From: an uncultured delta proteobacterium
GTDB taxonomy: Bacteria; Myxococcota_A; Polyangia; Polyangiales; Houyiibacteriaceae
Assembly (NCBI GenBank): GCA_963792825.1
Contig: CAWBXS010000002.1
Coordinates: forward strand, 455,198-519,197
Direction: 5' to 3'
Length of the DNA stretch: 64,000 nucleotides
In this document: piece by piece, positions 1-8,321 of the stretch
Layout of the letters: every line of letters begins with the position of its first letter
Position numbering within the stretch: the stretch's first letter is position 1
The notes under the pieces: model-generated
Seen by the model: the letters and a program-made list of their open reading frames with translations, nothing else
The model's database searches: none
What the model was told of the DNA's origin: nothing
Position numbers and translations under genes: made by a program

Positions 1-297
1 CTTGAATTTGATCTCGCGCATCTCTTCGCCGTGACAGGTTGCGCAATCGAAATCGGCGTACTCCTCTGCATCGTAGGCCGCGAAAAGCTCTTGCATGATC
101 GGGTTCACTTTCCCGACCATGTAGAACTCCTTGTCTTCTACGCTCATTTCTTCCCACGGCGCCTCAGGCGGCGTGAGGCCCATCGCCTCGATCGCGCTCA
201 TCTTGCCGGTGGACCTGGAGGTCTTGGATTTCGACCCACCGCAGGCCCCCAGAATCAAGACGAGCCCCACGACGGCGGTTTTCATGATTCCTGTCAT
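1..297 (-). CDS. c-type cytochrome-like lipoprotein (C-terminus cut by window edge)
   Basis: Absent from the ORF track because it runs off the window. Minus-strand translation from ATG 297 (alt. ATG 285) reads MTGIMKTAVVGLVLILGACGGSK...EYADFDCATCHGEEMREIKFK. It has a signal peptide, a lipobox (LGAC) and one CxxCH haem-binding motif. Confidence 0.6.
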   Translation of the reverse strand, partial: MTGIMKTAVVGLVLILGACGGSKSKTSRSTGKMSAIEAMGLTPPEAPWEEMSVEDKEFYMVGKVNPIMQELFAAYDAEEYADFDCATCHGEEMREIKFK

Positions 298-315
298 CGA
301 CGAGCATGGTAATTC

Positions 316-1194
316 ATGGTTCGTCACCATGCCCATAATGTGGCGAGTGTTCTAACCGTGGCCCTCCGAGTCAGCTTGGGCCTCGGGGCCGTGTTGGTGA
401 GCGTGTGGGTCGCGATGGGTCTTTTCTCCGAGTTTCAACGACAGATGATTTTCCCCGGCCCGCAGGGGGTCAGCGTCGCATCATTGAGCGAGGCTGCCGC
501 GCAGCTCGGCGCGGCAGAGATTCGACTCAGGACGGAGGATGCACAGACCCTGTACGGATGGCATCGGACCACGGTGCGAACCGGCCCGAGACGAGTGCTC
601 CTCTACTTCCACGGCAACGCGTCATCGCTCTTGGCGGAGGTCGACCTACAAGACTTGTTGCTGAGCGAGGGATGGGATTTCGTGGGCATCCACTACCGTG
701 GCTATCCCGGAAGCACCGGTGTCCCGAGTGAGGTCGGCCTGAACGAAGACGCGATCACAGCCTGGAGGTGGGTCACGGACGAGCTCGGCACCGAAGCGGG
801 GCGCGTCGTGATTCACGGCCGGAGCCTCGGCGGTGGCGTCGCAGCGCAGCTGGCCGCGAGAGTCCACCCAGGAGGCTTGGTGCTGGAATCGACATTCACC
901 TCCGTCGCCGATCTCGCGAGGGAACACTTCCGCTGGTTACCGACTGCGCGCTTGCTAGAGCATCGGTTCATGACGTGCGATTTTGCCGACCGTGTGTCTT
1001 GCCCGGTTCTGGTCGCACACGGAAGCGCCGACTCGATCATCGATGTAAGCCACGGCAGAGAGCTCGCGCGGCTCTTTCGCGCAGAAGAGTACGTCGAAGT
1101 GCCGCGAATTGATCACAACGACGCACTTTTCGTGGGCCTCACCGCTGCGCGATACCTGCGTTTCCTCGAAGGAGCGGTACCCGCCAATCCGTAG
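316..1194 (+). CDS. alpha/beta-fold serine hydrolase
   Basis: 292-aa ORF with an N-terminal hydrophobic segment. It has a GxSxG nucleophile elbow (HGRSLGGG), then an acid (AHGSADSII) and a His (RIDHND) in canonical alpha/beta-hydrolase order. Confidence 0.8.
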   Translation: MVRHHAHNVASVLTVALRVSLGLGAVLVSVWVAMGLFSEFQRQMIFPGPQGVSVASLSEAAAQLGAAEIRLRTEDAQTLYGWHRTTVRTGPRRVLLYFHGNASSLLAEVDLQDLLLSEGWDFVGIHYRGYPGSTGVPSEVGLNEDAITAWRWVTDELGTEAGRVVIHGRSLGGGVAAQLAARVHPGGLVLESTFTSVADLAREHFRWLPTARLLEHRFMTCDFADRVSCPVLVAHGSADSIIDVSHGRELARLFRAEEYVEVPRIDHNDALFVGLTAARYLRFLEGAVPANP

Positions 1195-1226
1195 CGGACG
1201 CGGCAAGGGAAGACTATAGTCGCAGG

Positions 1227-1784
1227 GTGAGCCGACTCGTTTCGACGGTCGTCCTAGGATTGATCTTACTCGGCTGTCAGCGGGGTAAAGAACAGGCCGT
1301 GGTCATCGTGCCAAGCGACCTGCAGATCGACGCCAACTCCATTCCAGCCGATCCGTTCGGAACGTCGAATCCGGCGTACACCAGGCTGCGCGAGGTCACG
1401 GACGGCGCACTTGCAAACCAATGGAGCGGAAGCCTCGATGACTTTGCACCGTGGCTCGAGGCGGAAACGGTCGCGGTCGAACGGGCGCTCGGCCTTCTCA
1501 AGGCGCTGCGGGTGGGGCCGCGCGACGTGTATGCCGTCGGCAATGGGCGTATCGCGATGCTCTACGAGCACATCGCCACGACCATGAGGCGAGCTTCGGA
1601 GGCGGCCGAGTCAGTCGGCTCGAGCCCGGACTGGAAAGATGAAGAGACACGCGTATACGAGCAGGCGCAAAGCTTCTGGGCGCGATGTGCACGCGACTCT
1701 GGCGCGGAGGGAACACACCTCGATGCGTGGAACCTCCGCTGCCAAGCCGGGCTTGCAAGCCGCCTCGCGCAACCGGAGCCGTAG
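1227..1784 (+). CDS. hypothetical lipoprotein
   Basis: 185-aa ORF with a GTG start. MSRLVSTVVLGLILLGCQRG is a signal peptide plus lipobox. No catalytic motif recognised. Confidence 0.55.
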   Translation: MSRLVSTVVLGLILLGCQRGKEQAVVIVPSDLQIDANSIPADPFGTSNPAYTRLREVTDGALANQWSGSLDDFAPWLEAETVAVERALGLLKALRVGPRDVYAVGNGRIAMLYEHIATTMRRASEAAESVGSSPDWKDEETRVYEQAQSFWARCARDSGAEGTHLDAWNLRCQAGLASRLAQPEP

Positions 1785-1820
1785 CTGAGGCCCAAATCGC
1801 CTCGACAGCCGAAGTGAAAC

Positions 1821-3740
1821 ATGTTCTATTTCCGGCCGATGGCCACAAAGCACAAATCGTCAGCGCCAAAGCCTGCGGAACCGCCGTTGGTCGTGACGAA
1901 GAACACCGAAGAGTCCTGGGACGGTGAGGCTGACGTGGTCGTCGTCGGGTTTGGCGGCGCCGGGGCTTGCGCGGCCCTCGAGGCGAACGCGCAGGGAGCC
2001 AAGGTACTGGTTTTGGACCGTTTTCATGGAGGCGGCGCGACGGCGATCAGCGGCGGGGTATTCTACGCGGGCGGCGGCACGCACATCCAAGACGAGGCCG
2101 GCGTGAGTGACGACGCGGACTCGATGTTCCGTTACCTGTCCCTCGAGGTGAAGGGCGTGGTGTCCGAGGAAACACTGCGGGACTTCTGCAACCGAAGTGC
2201 CGAGAATCTCGGCTGGCTCGAAGAGCACGGCGTTCCGTTCGAGGGGTCGCTCTGTCCGTACAAGACCAGCTACCCAACGGACGATTACTATCTCTATTAC
2301 TCGGGCAACGAAGGCTTTTCCCCATACAAGGAGGCCGCGAACCCCGCACCGCGAGGGCATCGCGCCAAAGGCGGCGGGCTCCCCGGTGAGAGCTTCTACG
2401 AGCCGCTCCGCGAATCCGCACGACGGGCAGGCATCCACGTCGAGTACGAATCGCGCGTCACGCGCCTCGTCATCGATGGCAGACACCGGGTCATCGGTGT
2501 GGAGTATCGCCAAATTCATAGGGGCTTCTGGAGCCGCCTGCACCGGCGACTTCACCAAGCCGGCGTCGCGATCGTCAAGTACAACCCGAAGCTTGGCGCG
2601 AAGATTCGCGAGCGTTGTTTTCAAATCGAAGCGGAGCACTCGGAGTTGAAGCGCGTACGAGCGGTGAAAGGCGTCATCCTCGCCGCGGGCGGCTTCATCT
2701 ACAACCGCGAGATGGTGAAGGAGATCGCGCCGAAGTATCGTTCGGGAATGCCGCTCGGTACGGCGTCCGACAACGGAAGCGGCATCCTGCTCGGCCAAAG
2801 TATCGGCGCGAAGACGGACCTCATGACCCGCATTTCGGCGTGGAGGTTCATCAATCCTCCGGAGGCATTCGCCAAGGGCATGATCGTCAACCAGAAAGGC
2901 GAACGGTACATCAACGAATTCATGTACGGCGCCGCGGTAGGCGAAGCGATGGTCGAGCACAACGACGGCGTTGCGCTCCTGATCATCGACGCCGAGCTCA
3001 AAAAGCTCGCCCGCGAACAATGCAAACCGGGCCAGGCACAATGGTTTCAGCGCGCCCCCGCCCTCCTCAATCTCTGGTTCAACAGCCGAGAGGCGAAGTC
3101 GGTCGAGGAGCTCGCGGAGGTGACGAAGGTTCCCTTGGAGACCCTTCGCTACACCCTCCGGGAGTACAACGACGCGGCCGATGGCAAGGTCCCGGACCGA
3201 TTCGGCAAGGACCCCGAGAAGATGCACGCAATGCGCAAGGGGCCGTATTTTGCAATCGATGCTGGTATACGCAGCAAACGCTTTCCATGTCCAACGCTCA
3301 CCCTCGGCGGGCTCGTCGTGGACGAGCGCACTGGCCAGGTTCGAAGCGAGGACGGTGGCGTGATCCCCGGTTTGTATGCGGCGGGGCGCTGTGCGGTCGG
3401 CATCTGCTCGCGGCAGTACGTGAGTGGCCTTTCGATCGCGGACTGCGTGTACTCGGGGCGTCGTGCCGGCAGCGCTGCGGCGCGCGGCGAGGTGTTCGCC
3501 GTCAAAGACGCACCGGCCCCGGCGCGGGGCACTCCGATCGAGGCGAAGGCTCTGCGGGGGCTTCCCGTGCTCCGCGAATCCCAGGTTGCCGACTCATTCT
3601 CCGAGGTGCCTCGGGGGGCAGGACGCCGCGCCGTGAAGGGAAGGCAACCGCATCAGTCGTTGAACCGAACGATTCGCCGCCCGGGCGGGGTCTCCCGAGC
3701 CCCATCGCAGCGTGGCCGATCGCCAAAGAGAGCTCGCTGA
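1821..3740 (+). CDS. FAD-dependent oxidoreductase (FAD_binding_2 / KstD- or fumarate-reductase-flavoprotein-like)
   Basis: N-terminal dinucleotide-binding motif DVVVVGFGGAGACAALEA, internal GVILAAGGF, and C-terminal GLYAAGRCAVG typical of this flavoprotein family. The last ~90 aa are Arg/Pro-rich low complexity, so the true 3' end is uncertain. Confidence 0.8.
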   Translation: MFYFRPMATKHKSSAPKPAEPPLVVTKNTEESWDGEADVVVVGFGGAGACAALEANAQGAKVLVLDRFHGGGATAISGGVFYAGGGTHIQDEAGVSDDADSMFRYLSLEVKGVVSEETLRDFCNRSAENLGWLEEHGVPFEGSLCPYKTSYPTDDYYLYYSGNEGFSPYKEAANPAPRGHRAKGGGLPGESFYEPLRESARRAGIHVEYESRVTRLVIDGRHRVIGVEYRQIHRGFWSRLHRRLHQAGVAIVKYNPKLGAKIRERCFQIEAEHSELKRVRAVKGVILAAGGFIYNREMVKEIAPKYRSGMPLGTASDNGSGILLGQSIGAKTDLMTRISAWRFINPPEAFAKGMIVNQKGERYINEFMYGAAVGEAMVEHNDGVALLIIDAELKKLAREQCKPGQAQWFQRAPALLNLWFNSREAKSVEELAEVTKVPLETLRYTLREYNDAADGKVPDRFGKDPEKMHAMRKGPYFAIDAGIRSKRFPCPTLTLGGLVVDERTGQVRSEDGGVIPGLYAAGRCAVGICSRQYVSGLSIADCVYSGRRAGSAAARGEVFAVKDAPAPARGTPIEAKALRGLPVLRESQVADSFSEVPRGAGRRAVKGRQPHQSLNRTIRRPGGVSRAPSQRGRSPKRAR

Positions 3741-3800
3741 ATGACATGCTTGCCGCTGACTTGACGGAAGACAGGTGAAGCACAAGGTTCCAGTGTTCTG

Positions 3801-4400
3801 ATGACGGACAAGCCAACCAACGAAGAAGCTGAGGCCTGCGTTCGAAAGCTCCTCGCCTACCTTGGCGACGATCCAGAGCGAGAGGGTCTCCGTGACACTC
3901 CGCGGCGCGTTTTAGGAGCCATCGAAGAGCACTTTCGTGGATACGGCGAGGATCCGGTCGAGCATCTTTCGCGCACGTTCACCGAGGTCGAGGGGTACGA
4001 CGAGCTCGTGCTGGTGAGCGACATCGAGATCTATAGTCACTGCGAGCATCACGTGGTTCCATTCGTCGGCAAAGCGCACGTCGCGTACATTCCGAATGGG
4101 AAGGTCGTCGGGCTTTCGAAGATCGCGCGTGTGATCGATACGTTTGCCAAGAGGCTCCAGGTTCAAGAGAAGCTGACTGCGCAAATCGCCAACGCGATCG
4201 ACGAAACCCTGACTCCCCAGGGGACGGCCGTCATCCTGCAGTGCCAGCACTTCTGCATGTGTTACCGGGGAGTTCGAAAGCCGGGGTCATGGACCACGAC
4301 CAGCCGTTTGACCGGGTGTTTTCTAAAGGATGAAGCGGCGCGCATGGAGCTCTTGACCCTGATAGGGATGCATCGCTCGATCGGCGGCGCGGGCAGCTGA
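3801..4400 (+). CDS. folE: GTP cyclohydrolase I
   Basis: EREGLRDTPRRV, SHCEHHVVPFVGKAHVAYIP and QVQEKLT signatures. 199 aa is the normal FolE length. Confidence 0.95.
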   Translation: MTDKPTNEEAEACVRKLLAYLGDDPEREGLRDTPRRVLGAIEEHFRGYGEDPVEHLSRTFTEVEGYDELVLVSDIEIYSHCEHHVVPFVGKAHVAYIPNGKVVGLSKIARVIDTFAKRLQVQEKLTAQIANAIDETLTPQGTAVILQCQHFCMCYRGVRKPGSWTTTSRLTGCFLKDEAARMELLTLIGMHRSIGGAGS

Positions 4401-4441
4401 GCCGCCTCGATCTAGGCACCCGTCCGGCCTACACTCCGGAC

Positions 4442-6088
4442 ATGCGCGAGCAGCACTACGACTGGGTCATCGTCGGATCGGGGTTCGGGGGAAGTGTTTC
4501 CGCTCACCGGCTGACGGAAAAGGGTTACAAGGTCCTGGTCATCGAGAAGGGGCGCCGGTTCGCGCCCGAAGACTTTCCGAAGACGAACTGGAACTTGAAG
4601 CGGTGGATGTGGAATCCGTCACTCGGTCTCAAAGGCTTTTTCAAGATGTCGTTCTTGAAGCACATGACGGTGCTTCATGGCGTCGGGGTCGGGGGCGGCT
4701 CGCTCGTCTACGCCAACACGTTGCCAACACCGAAGTCGGCGTTCTTCAAGGCGAAGTCGTGGGGGCACTTGGCCGACTGGGAGACGGAGCTCGCGCCTCA
4801 CTACGAGACGGCCAAACGCATGCTCGGTGCGACCCCCAATCCTCTCATGACCAAGGGCGACTACGTCATGAAGGAGATTGCGCGCGACATCGGTCGAGAA
4901 GAGCACTTTCACCCGACGGAGGTCGCGGTCTACTTTGGAGAGCCCAACAAGCAGGTTCCTGACCCGTTCTTTGGAGGCGAAGGGCCGGACCGCGTCGGCT
5001 GCACCTTTTGCGGTGCCTGTATGACGGGCTGCCGCGTCGGGGCGAAGAACACCCTCGACAAGAACTATCTCTACCTTGCCGAGCACAACGGCGCCGAAGT
5101 CGTGTCCGAGACGGAGGTCACTGCGATCCGCCCGCTCGAGGGTGGTGGCTATCGTCTCGAAACCAAGGCGTCGTTCGGGAAGGCCCACGCCGGCGAGGTC
5201 ACCGCAGACCGCGTCATTCTCGCGGGCGGCGTCATGGGCACCATGCCGCTTCTCTTGCAAATGAAAGATGACCCAGACGGTCTGCCCCATCTCTCCGACC
5301 GGGTGGGCGACTTCGTGCGATCGAATAGCGAAGCTTTGTTCGGTATCGTTTCGCCGGATAAGAAAGCGAATTTCTCGAAGGGTGTCGCGATCACGTCGAT
5401 CCTCCATACCGACGACTACAGCCACATCGAGCCCGTGCGTTACGGCGCAGGCTCGGGGTTCTTCCGCACGCTGCTCGCCCCACACGCTTCGGGGCCCACG
5501 GTTCTTGCACGCATGTGGGGTGCGCTCCTCGCGTTTGCGCGCCAGCCGGTTCGCTGGCTCAGGGCGCTCTTCGTCAGGGACCTCGCGAAGCAATCCCAAA
5601 TCTTGCTGTACATGCGCGCGATCGAAGGAACGCTTCGGATGCGCCTCGGACGAGACGTCCGGACGGGCTTTCGCCTGGGGCTGGTGACCGAGGTCGACGA
5701 TCCGAGCCAGGCGCCGTCTGCGTTCATGGAAGAAGCAACCGATCTCGCCGAGAGGTTCGCCGACAAGATAGGCGGCGTGCCAACCACCCTCATGACCGAG
5801 ACCCTCCTCGGCGTACCCTCGACCGCACACATTCTCGGTGGGGCATGCATGGGCGACTCTGCGGAGACGGGCGTGATCAGCGCCAAGCACGAGGTCTTCA
5901 ACTACCCGGGTCTCTACGTGATCGACGGCTCCGCGATCTCCGCCAACCCCGGGGTCAACCCTTCGCTCACGATCACGACTCTCGCAGAGCGGGCGATGAG
6001 CCTGATTCCGGCCAAGCACGCGACCTCTTCGGTCGGCCCGCAGAATGAGCGCGGGGCCGCCCTCAGCGAGGGCTTACGAGCTGAGTGA
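4442..6088 (+). CDS. GMC-family oxidoreductase (ChoD / cholesterol-oxidase-like)
   Basis: YDWVIVGSGFGGSVSAHRLTEKGYKVLVIEKG FAD motif, GVGVGGGSLVYANT, and C-terminal HILGGACMG...GLYVIDGSAISANPGVNPSLTI. Confidence 0.85.
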   Translation: MREQHYDWVIVGSGFGGSVSAHRLTEKGYKVLVIEKGRRFAPEDFPKTNWNLKRWMWNPSLGLKGFFKMSFLKHMTVLHGVGVGGGSLVYANTLPTPKSAFFKAKSWGHLADWETELAPHYETAKRMLGATPNPLMTKGDYVMKEIARDIGREEHFHPTEVAVYFGEPNKQVPDPFFGGEGPDRVGCTFCGACMTGCRVGAKNTLDKNYLYLAEHNGAEVVSETEVTAIRPLEGGGYRLETKASFGKAHAGEVTADRVILAGGVMGTMPLLLQMKDDPDGLPHLSDRVGDFVRSNSEALFGIVSPDKKANFSKGVAITSILHTDDYSHIEPVRYGAGSGFFRTLLAPHASGPTVLARMWGALLAFARQPVRWLRALFVRDLAKQSQILLYMRAIEGTLRMRLGRDVRTGFRLGLVTEVDDPSQAPSAFMEEATDLAERFADKIGGVPTTLMTETLLGVPSTAHILGGACMGDSAETGVISAKHEVFNYPGLYVIDGSAISANPGVNPSLTITTLAERAMSLIPAKHATSSVGPQNERGAALSEGLRAE

Positions 6089-6731
6089 CCGTCGCGGACG
6101 GGTCACCCGGCTCAGGTGGCTCGAGATCGAACGTATCGACGACCTCGCTGCCACGCTGATCGCAATAGTACGCCCACTCGCCCCATTGCGGATCATCGAG
6201 CTTGATGAACAGCGCGACGCACGCATAGTAGGCGCGAGCCGAAAGCTCTGCGAACGGCGTGAGATGCTCGGTGAGCGCACCGGTGTAGATCTCGAGAAGC
6301 CCCTTGTCCTTTGCAATGTTCTCGGGAACCGGGGCTCCACGAATGCTGCCTGCCATGTCTTCATACATGTAGCCGAAGAGCGCGGTCCCGATGCCACGCT
6401 CGAAGAGCGGATGCGTGCGTAGCGCGTGCGTCGCTGCAAGGGCACGGTCGGTCGCCGCTTGGCGCTCGAGGAGCCAGTCGCGAAATGCACCCTCTGCCCA
6501 ACTCTCGATGATCTCTTGCGATGCCCCGTCGGGCGGCTCGGGCGGCCGGACCGCAACCGCCTCTTCGACCCGGTTCCAAAGCTCCTGGAGGTCGGCGCTG
6601 AGCTCCTCGCGTGGATACACGGGCTGAGGCACCGGAATCGGACCGACGAATACCTCTTGGGGCCCTTCGTGGGTCTGCCGCCCTGCGCAACCGATTCCAA
6701 GAGCGAAGATGATCCAGAGCCAGCGCTGCAT
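6063..6731 (-). CDS. hypothetical lipoprotein
   Basis: 222-aa ORF. MQRWLWIIFALGIGCAGRQ is a signal peptide with a lipobox-like Cys. Its 3' end overlaps the convergent GMC gene by 26 nt. Confidence 0.55.
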   Translation of the reverse strand: MQRWLWIIFALGIGCAGRQTHEGPQEVFVGPIPVPQPVYPREELSADLQELWNRVEEAVAVRPPEPPDGASQEIIESWAEGAFRDWLLERQAATDRALAATHALRTHPLFERGIGTALFGYMYEDMAGSIRGAPVPENIAKDKGLLEIYTGALTEHLTPFAELSARAYYACVALFIKLDDPQWGEWAYYCDQRGSEVVDTFDLEPPEPGDPSATVTQLVSPR

Positions 6732-6820
6732 TCTGCGACATTAACAGGGGGCGATCAGGGACGCGAGTTTTGGACCCTAAGCCGGTTGACTTACCGGCCA
6801 AACCACCCTTCCATCACCCA

Positions 6821-7597
6821 ATGGCCGTCTCCCTCGTCGAGCTGACCGATGCCGCGAGCGTTGACCGCGCCGCCAGTACCTTGTTCGGAAGCTCCCTCGA
6901 CACCAGACCGTCGGTCTCGCACAGCTTCGCCGCCTGGAAGGCGGAGGAGGAGCGGCCGCTCACCGCGATTCGAATCAACGATCACAGCCCGCAGAGCGAC
7001 CTCGACTGGCTGGCACTTCACATCGGACGAGCTCGGGCCGACGGGATCGTCATCACGGGCAAGATCTTACGCGACGAGCCCAAGCTGAAGTATGACCTCC
7101 GGGCGGATCCTCGCTGGGCCGATGCGTTGGTGCGTTGGCGGGAGGGCCGCTGGGGGCTCTGCGATCCTCCCTGGCTGCTGATCTTGACCCGCAGCGGCGA
7201 AGTCGACTTCAGTCATCCGGTGTTCCATGGGTGGGTGAAGCCGATCATCTTCACGACCGACCGCACCGCCACGCGCAAGCTCGCGGCAGCCCCCTGCCCC
7301 GTCGTGTCCGACGAGGTCCCAGACATCCGGCGCGCGATCGAGCATCTGCAGATCGCGAGGGACTGCGAATGCGTGTCGATCGAGGCCGGTCCATCGACCG
7401 TGAGGACACTCTACGAGCGCCCGATCGCGGTGAAGGAGCTCCTGCTCTCTCTCTACCTCGAGCCAACCCTCGACGAGCGCGCCCAGGGGCCCCCTCTCGT
7501 GAAGCTTTCCGAGGTGCGCCGCATGTTTCGTCGCGAAACCTCGGCTACGCACCGAGAGGGCGCTCAGCACTGGAGCTTTCACCGGTTGCGGCGCTAG
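6821..7597 (+). CDS. RibD C-terminal-domain / dihydrofolate-reductase-like protein (tentative)
   Basis: The pattern of LALHIGRARADGIVITGKILRDEPKL, PWLLILTRSGEVDF, KPIIFTT and CVSIEAGPSTVRTLYE..VKELLLSLY resembles the RibD_C fold. Start chosen at MAVSLVEL; the ORF track starts at 6770. Confidence 0.45.
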   Translation: MAVSLVELTDAASVDRAASTLFGSSLDTRPSVSHSFAAWKAEEERPLTAIRINDHSPQSDLDWLALHIGRARADGIVITGKILRDEPKLKYDLRADPRWADALVRWREGRWGLCDPPWLLILTRSGEVDFSHPVFHGWVKPIIFTTDRTATRKLAAAPCPVVSDEVPDIRRAIEHLQIARDCECVSIEAGPSTVRTLYERPIAVKELLLSLYLEPTLDERAQGPPLVKLSEVRRMFRRETSATHREGAQHWSFHRLRR

Positions 7598-7631
7598 CGA
7601 TCGAATCGAACTGAAGGTAGCATCGCGCGGC

Positions 7632-8306
7632 TTGCCCATGATTTCCTCGATCCGCCGCATCCCGAGAAACGCTGCTCTTCTGAGCATGCTCTTGCTTCTG
7701 ATCGTTTTGAGCCCGTCCGTCCCCGAGGCTCTAGCGGGATTTCTCGTCGAGCTCACGTTCGCGCTGCTCTTGTTGGCGGGCGTGTACTCCGTCGGTCCGG
7801 GCAAGCATCGCCGGGCGTTCTGGATCCTTACCACCGTCACCCTGGCCGCGCGCTGGGTACAACTGCTCGCCGAGTCTCGAGCGCTCCGGATCGCCGCCCT
7901 CGTTCTGACCGTGGTCTGGATCGGATACGCGATCTCGATCACCGTGTCGCACCTGTTTCTGCGCCGCGACGTCAGCCTCAACATGATCTTCGGCGCGATC
8001 GTCGCCTATCTTCTAGTCGCAGTGGCCTTCGCCATCCTGTTCGAGCTCGTCCTGCTCCAGGACCCGGGCGCTTTCTTTGGAATTCCGCAGAGCGTGCTCG
8101 GCCAACGCTCGAAGCTCGGGGATGCGATGATCTACTTCAGCCTGGTCTGCCTCACGACCATGGGTTTCGGAGACATCGTACCCGTGTCGAGCATCGCCAG
8201 GCCCCTCGCGGTTGTCGAGGGAGTATTCGGTCAGCTCTACCTGGCGGTCATGATTGCGAGGCTCGTCGGACTACACATCGTTTCCGAAAAACGCGGAGAC
8301 GGCTGA
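7632..8306 (+). CDS. potassium channel family protein
   Basis: Multi-TM ORF with a pore helix and the K+ selectivity filter TTMGFGD followed by a TM helix. Confidence 0.85.
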   Translation: MPMISSIRRIPRNAALLSMLLLLIVLSPSVPEALAGFLVELTFALLLLAGVYSVGPGKHRRAFWILTTVTLAARWVQLLAESRALRIAALVLTVVWIGYAISITVSHLFLRRDVSLNMIFGAIVAYLLVAVAFAILFELVLLQDPGAFFGIPQSVLGQRSKLGDAMIYFSLVCLTTMGFGDIVPVSSIARPLAVVEGVFGQLYLAVMIARLVGLHIVSEKRGDG

Positions 8307-8321
8307 GAGCCGAATCCTGCC

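Noticed and set aside
4619-6019. 466-aa minus-strand ORF antisense to the GMC oxidoreductase. The same phenomenon occurs at 1860-3227, 13411-14166, 16095-17315, 22460-23728, 25848-26834 and 38684-39799, among others.
   Set aside because: These are typical high-GC shadow ORFs. They are Arg/Ala/Pro/Gly-rich, have no recognisable motifs, and fully overlap genes with strong family signatures on the other strand.
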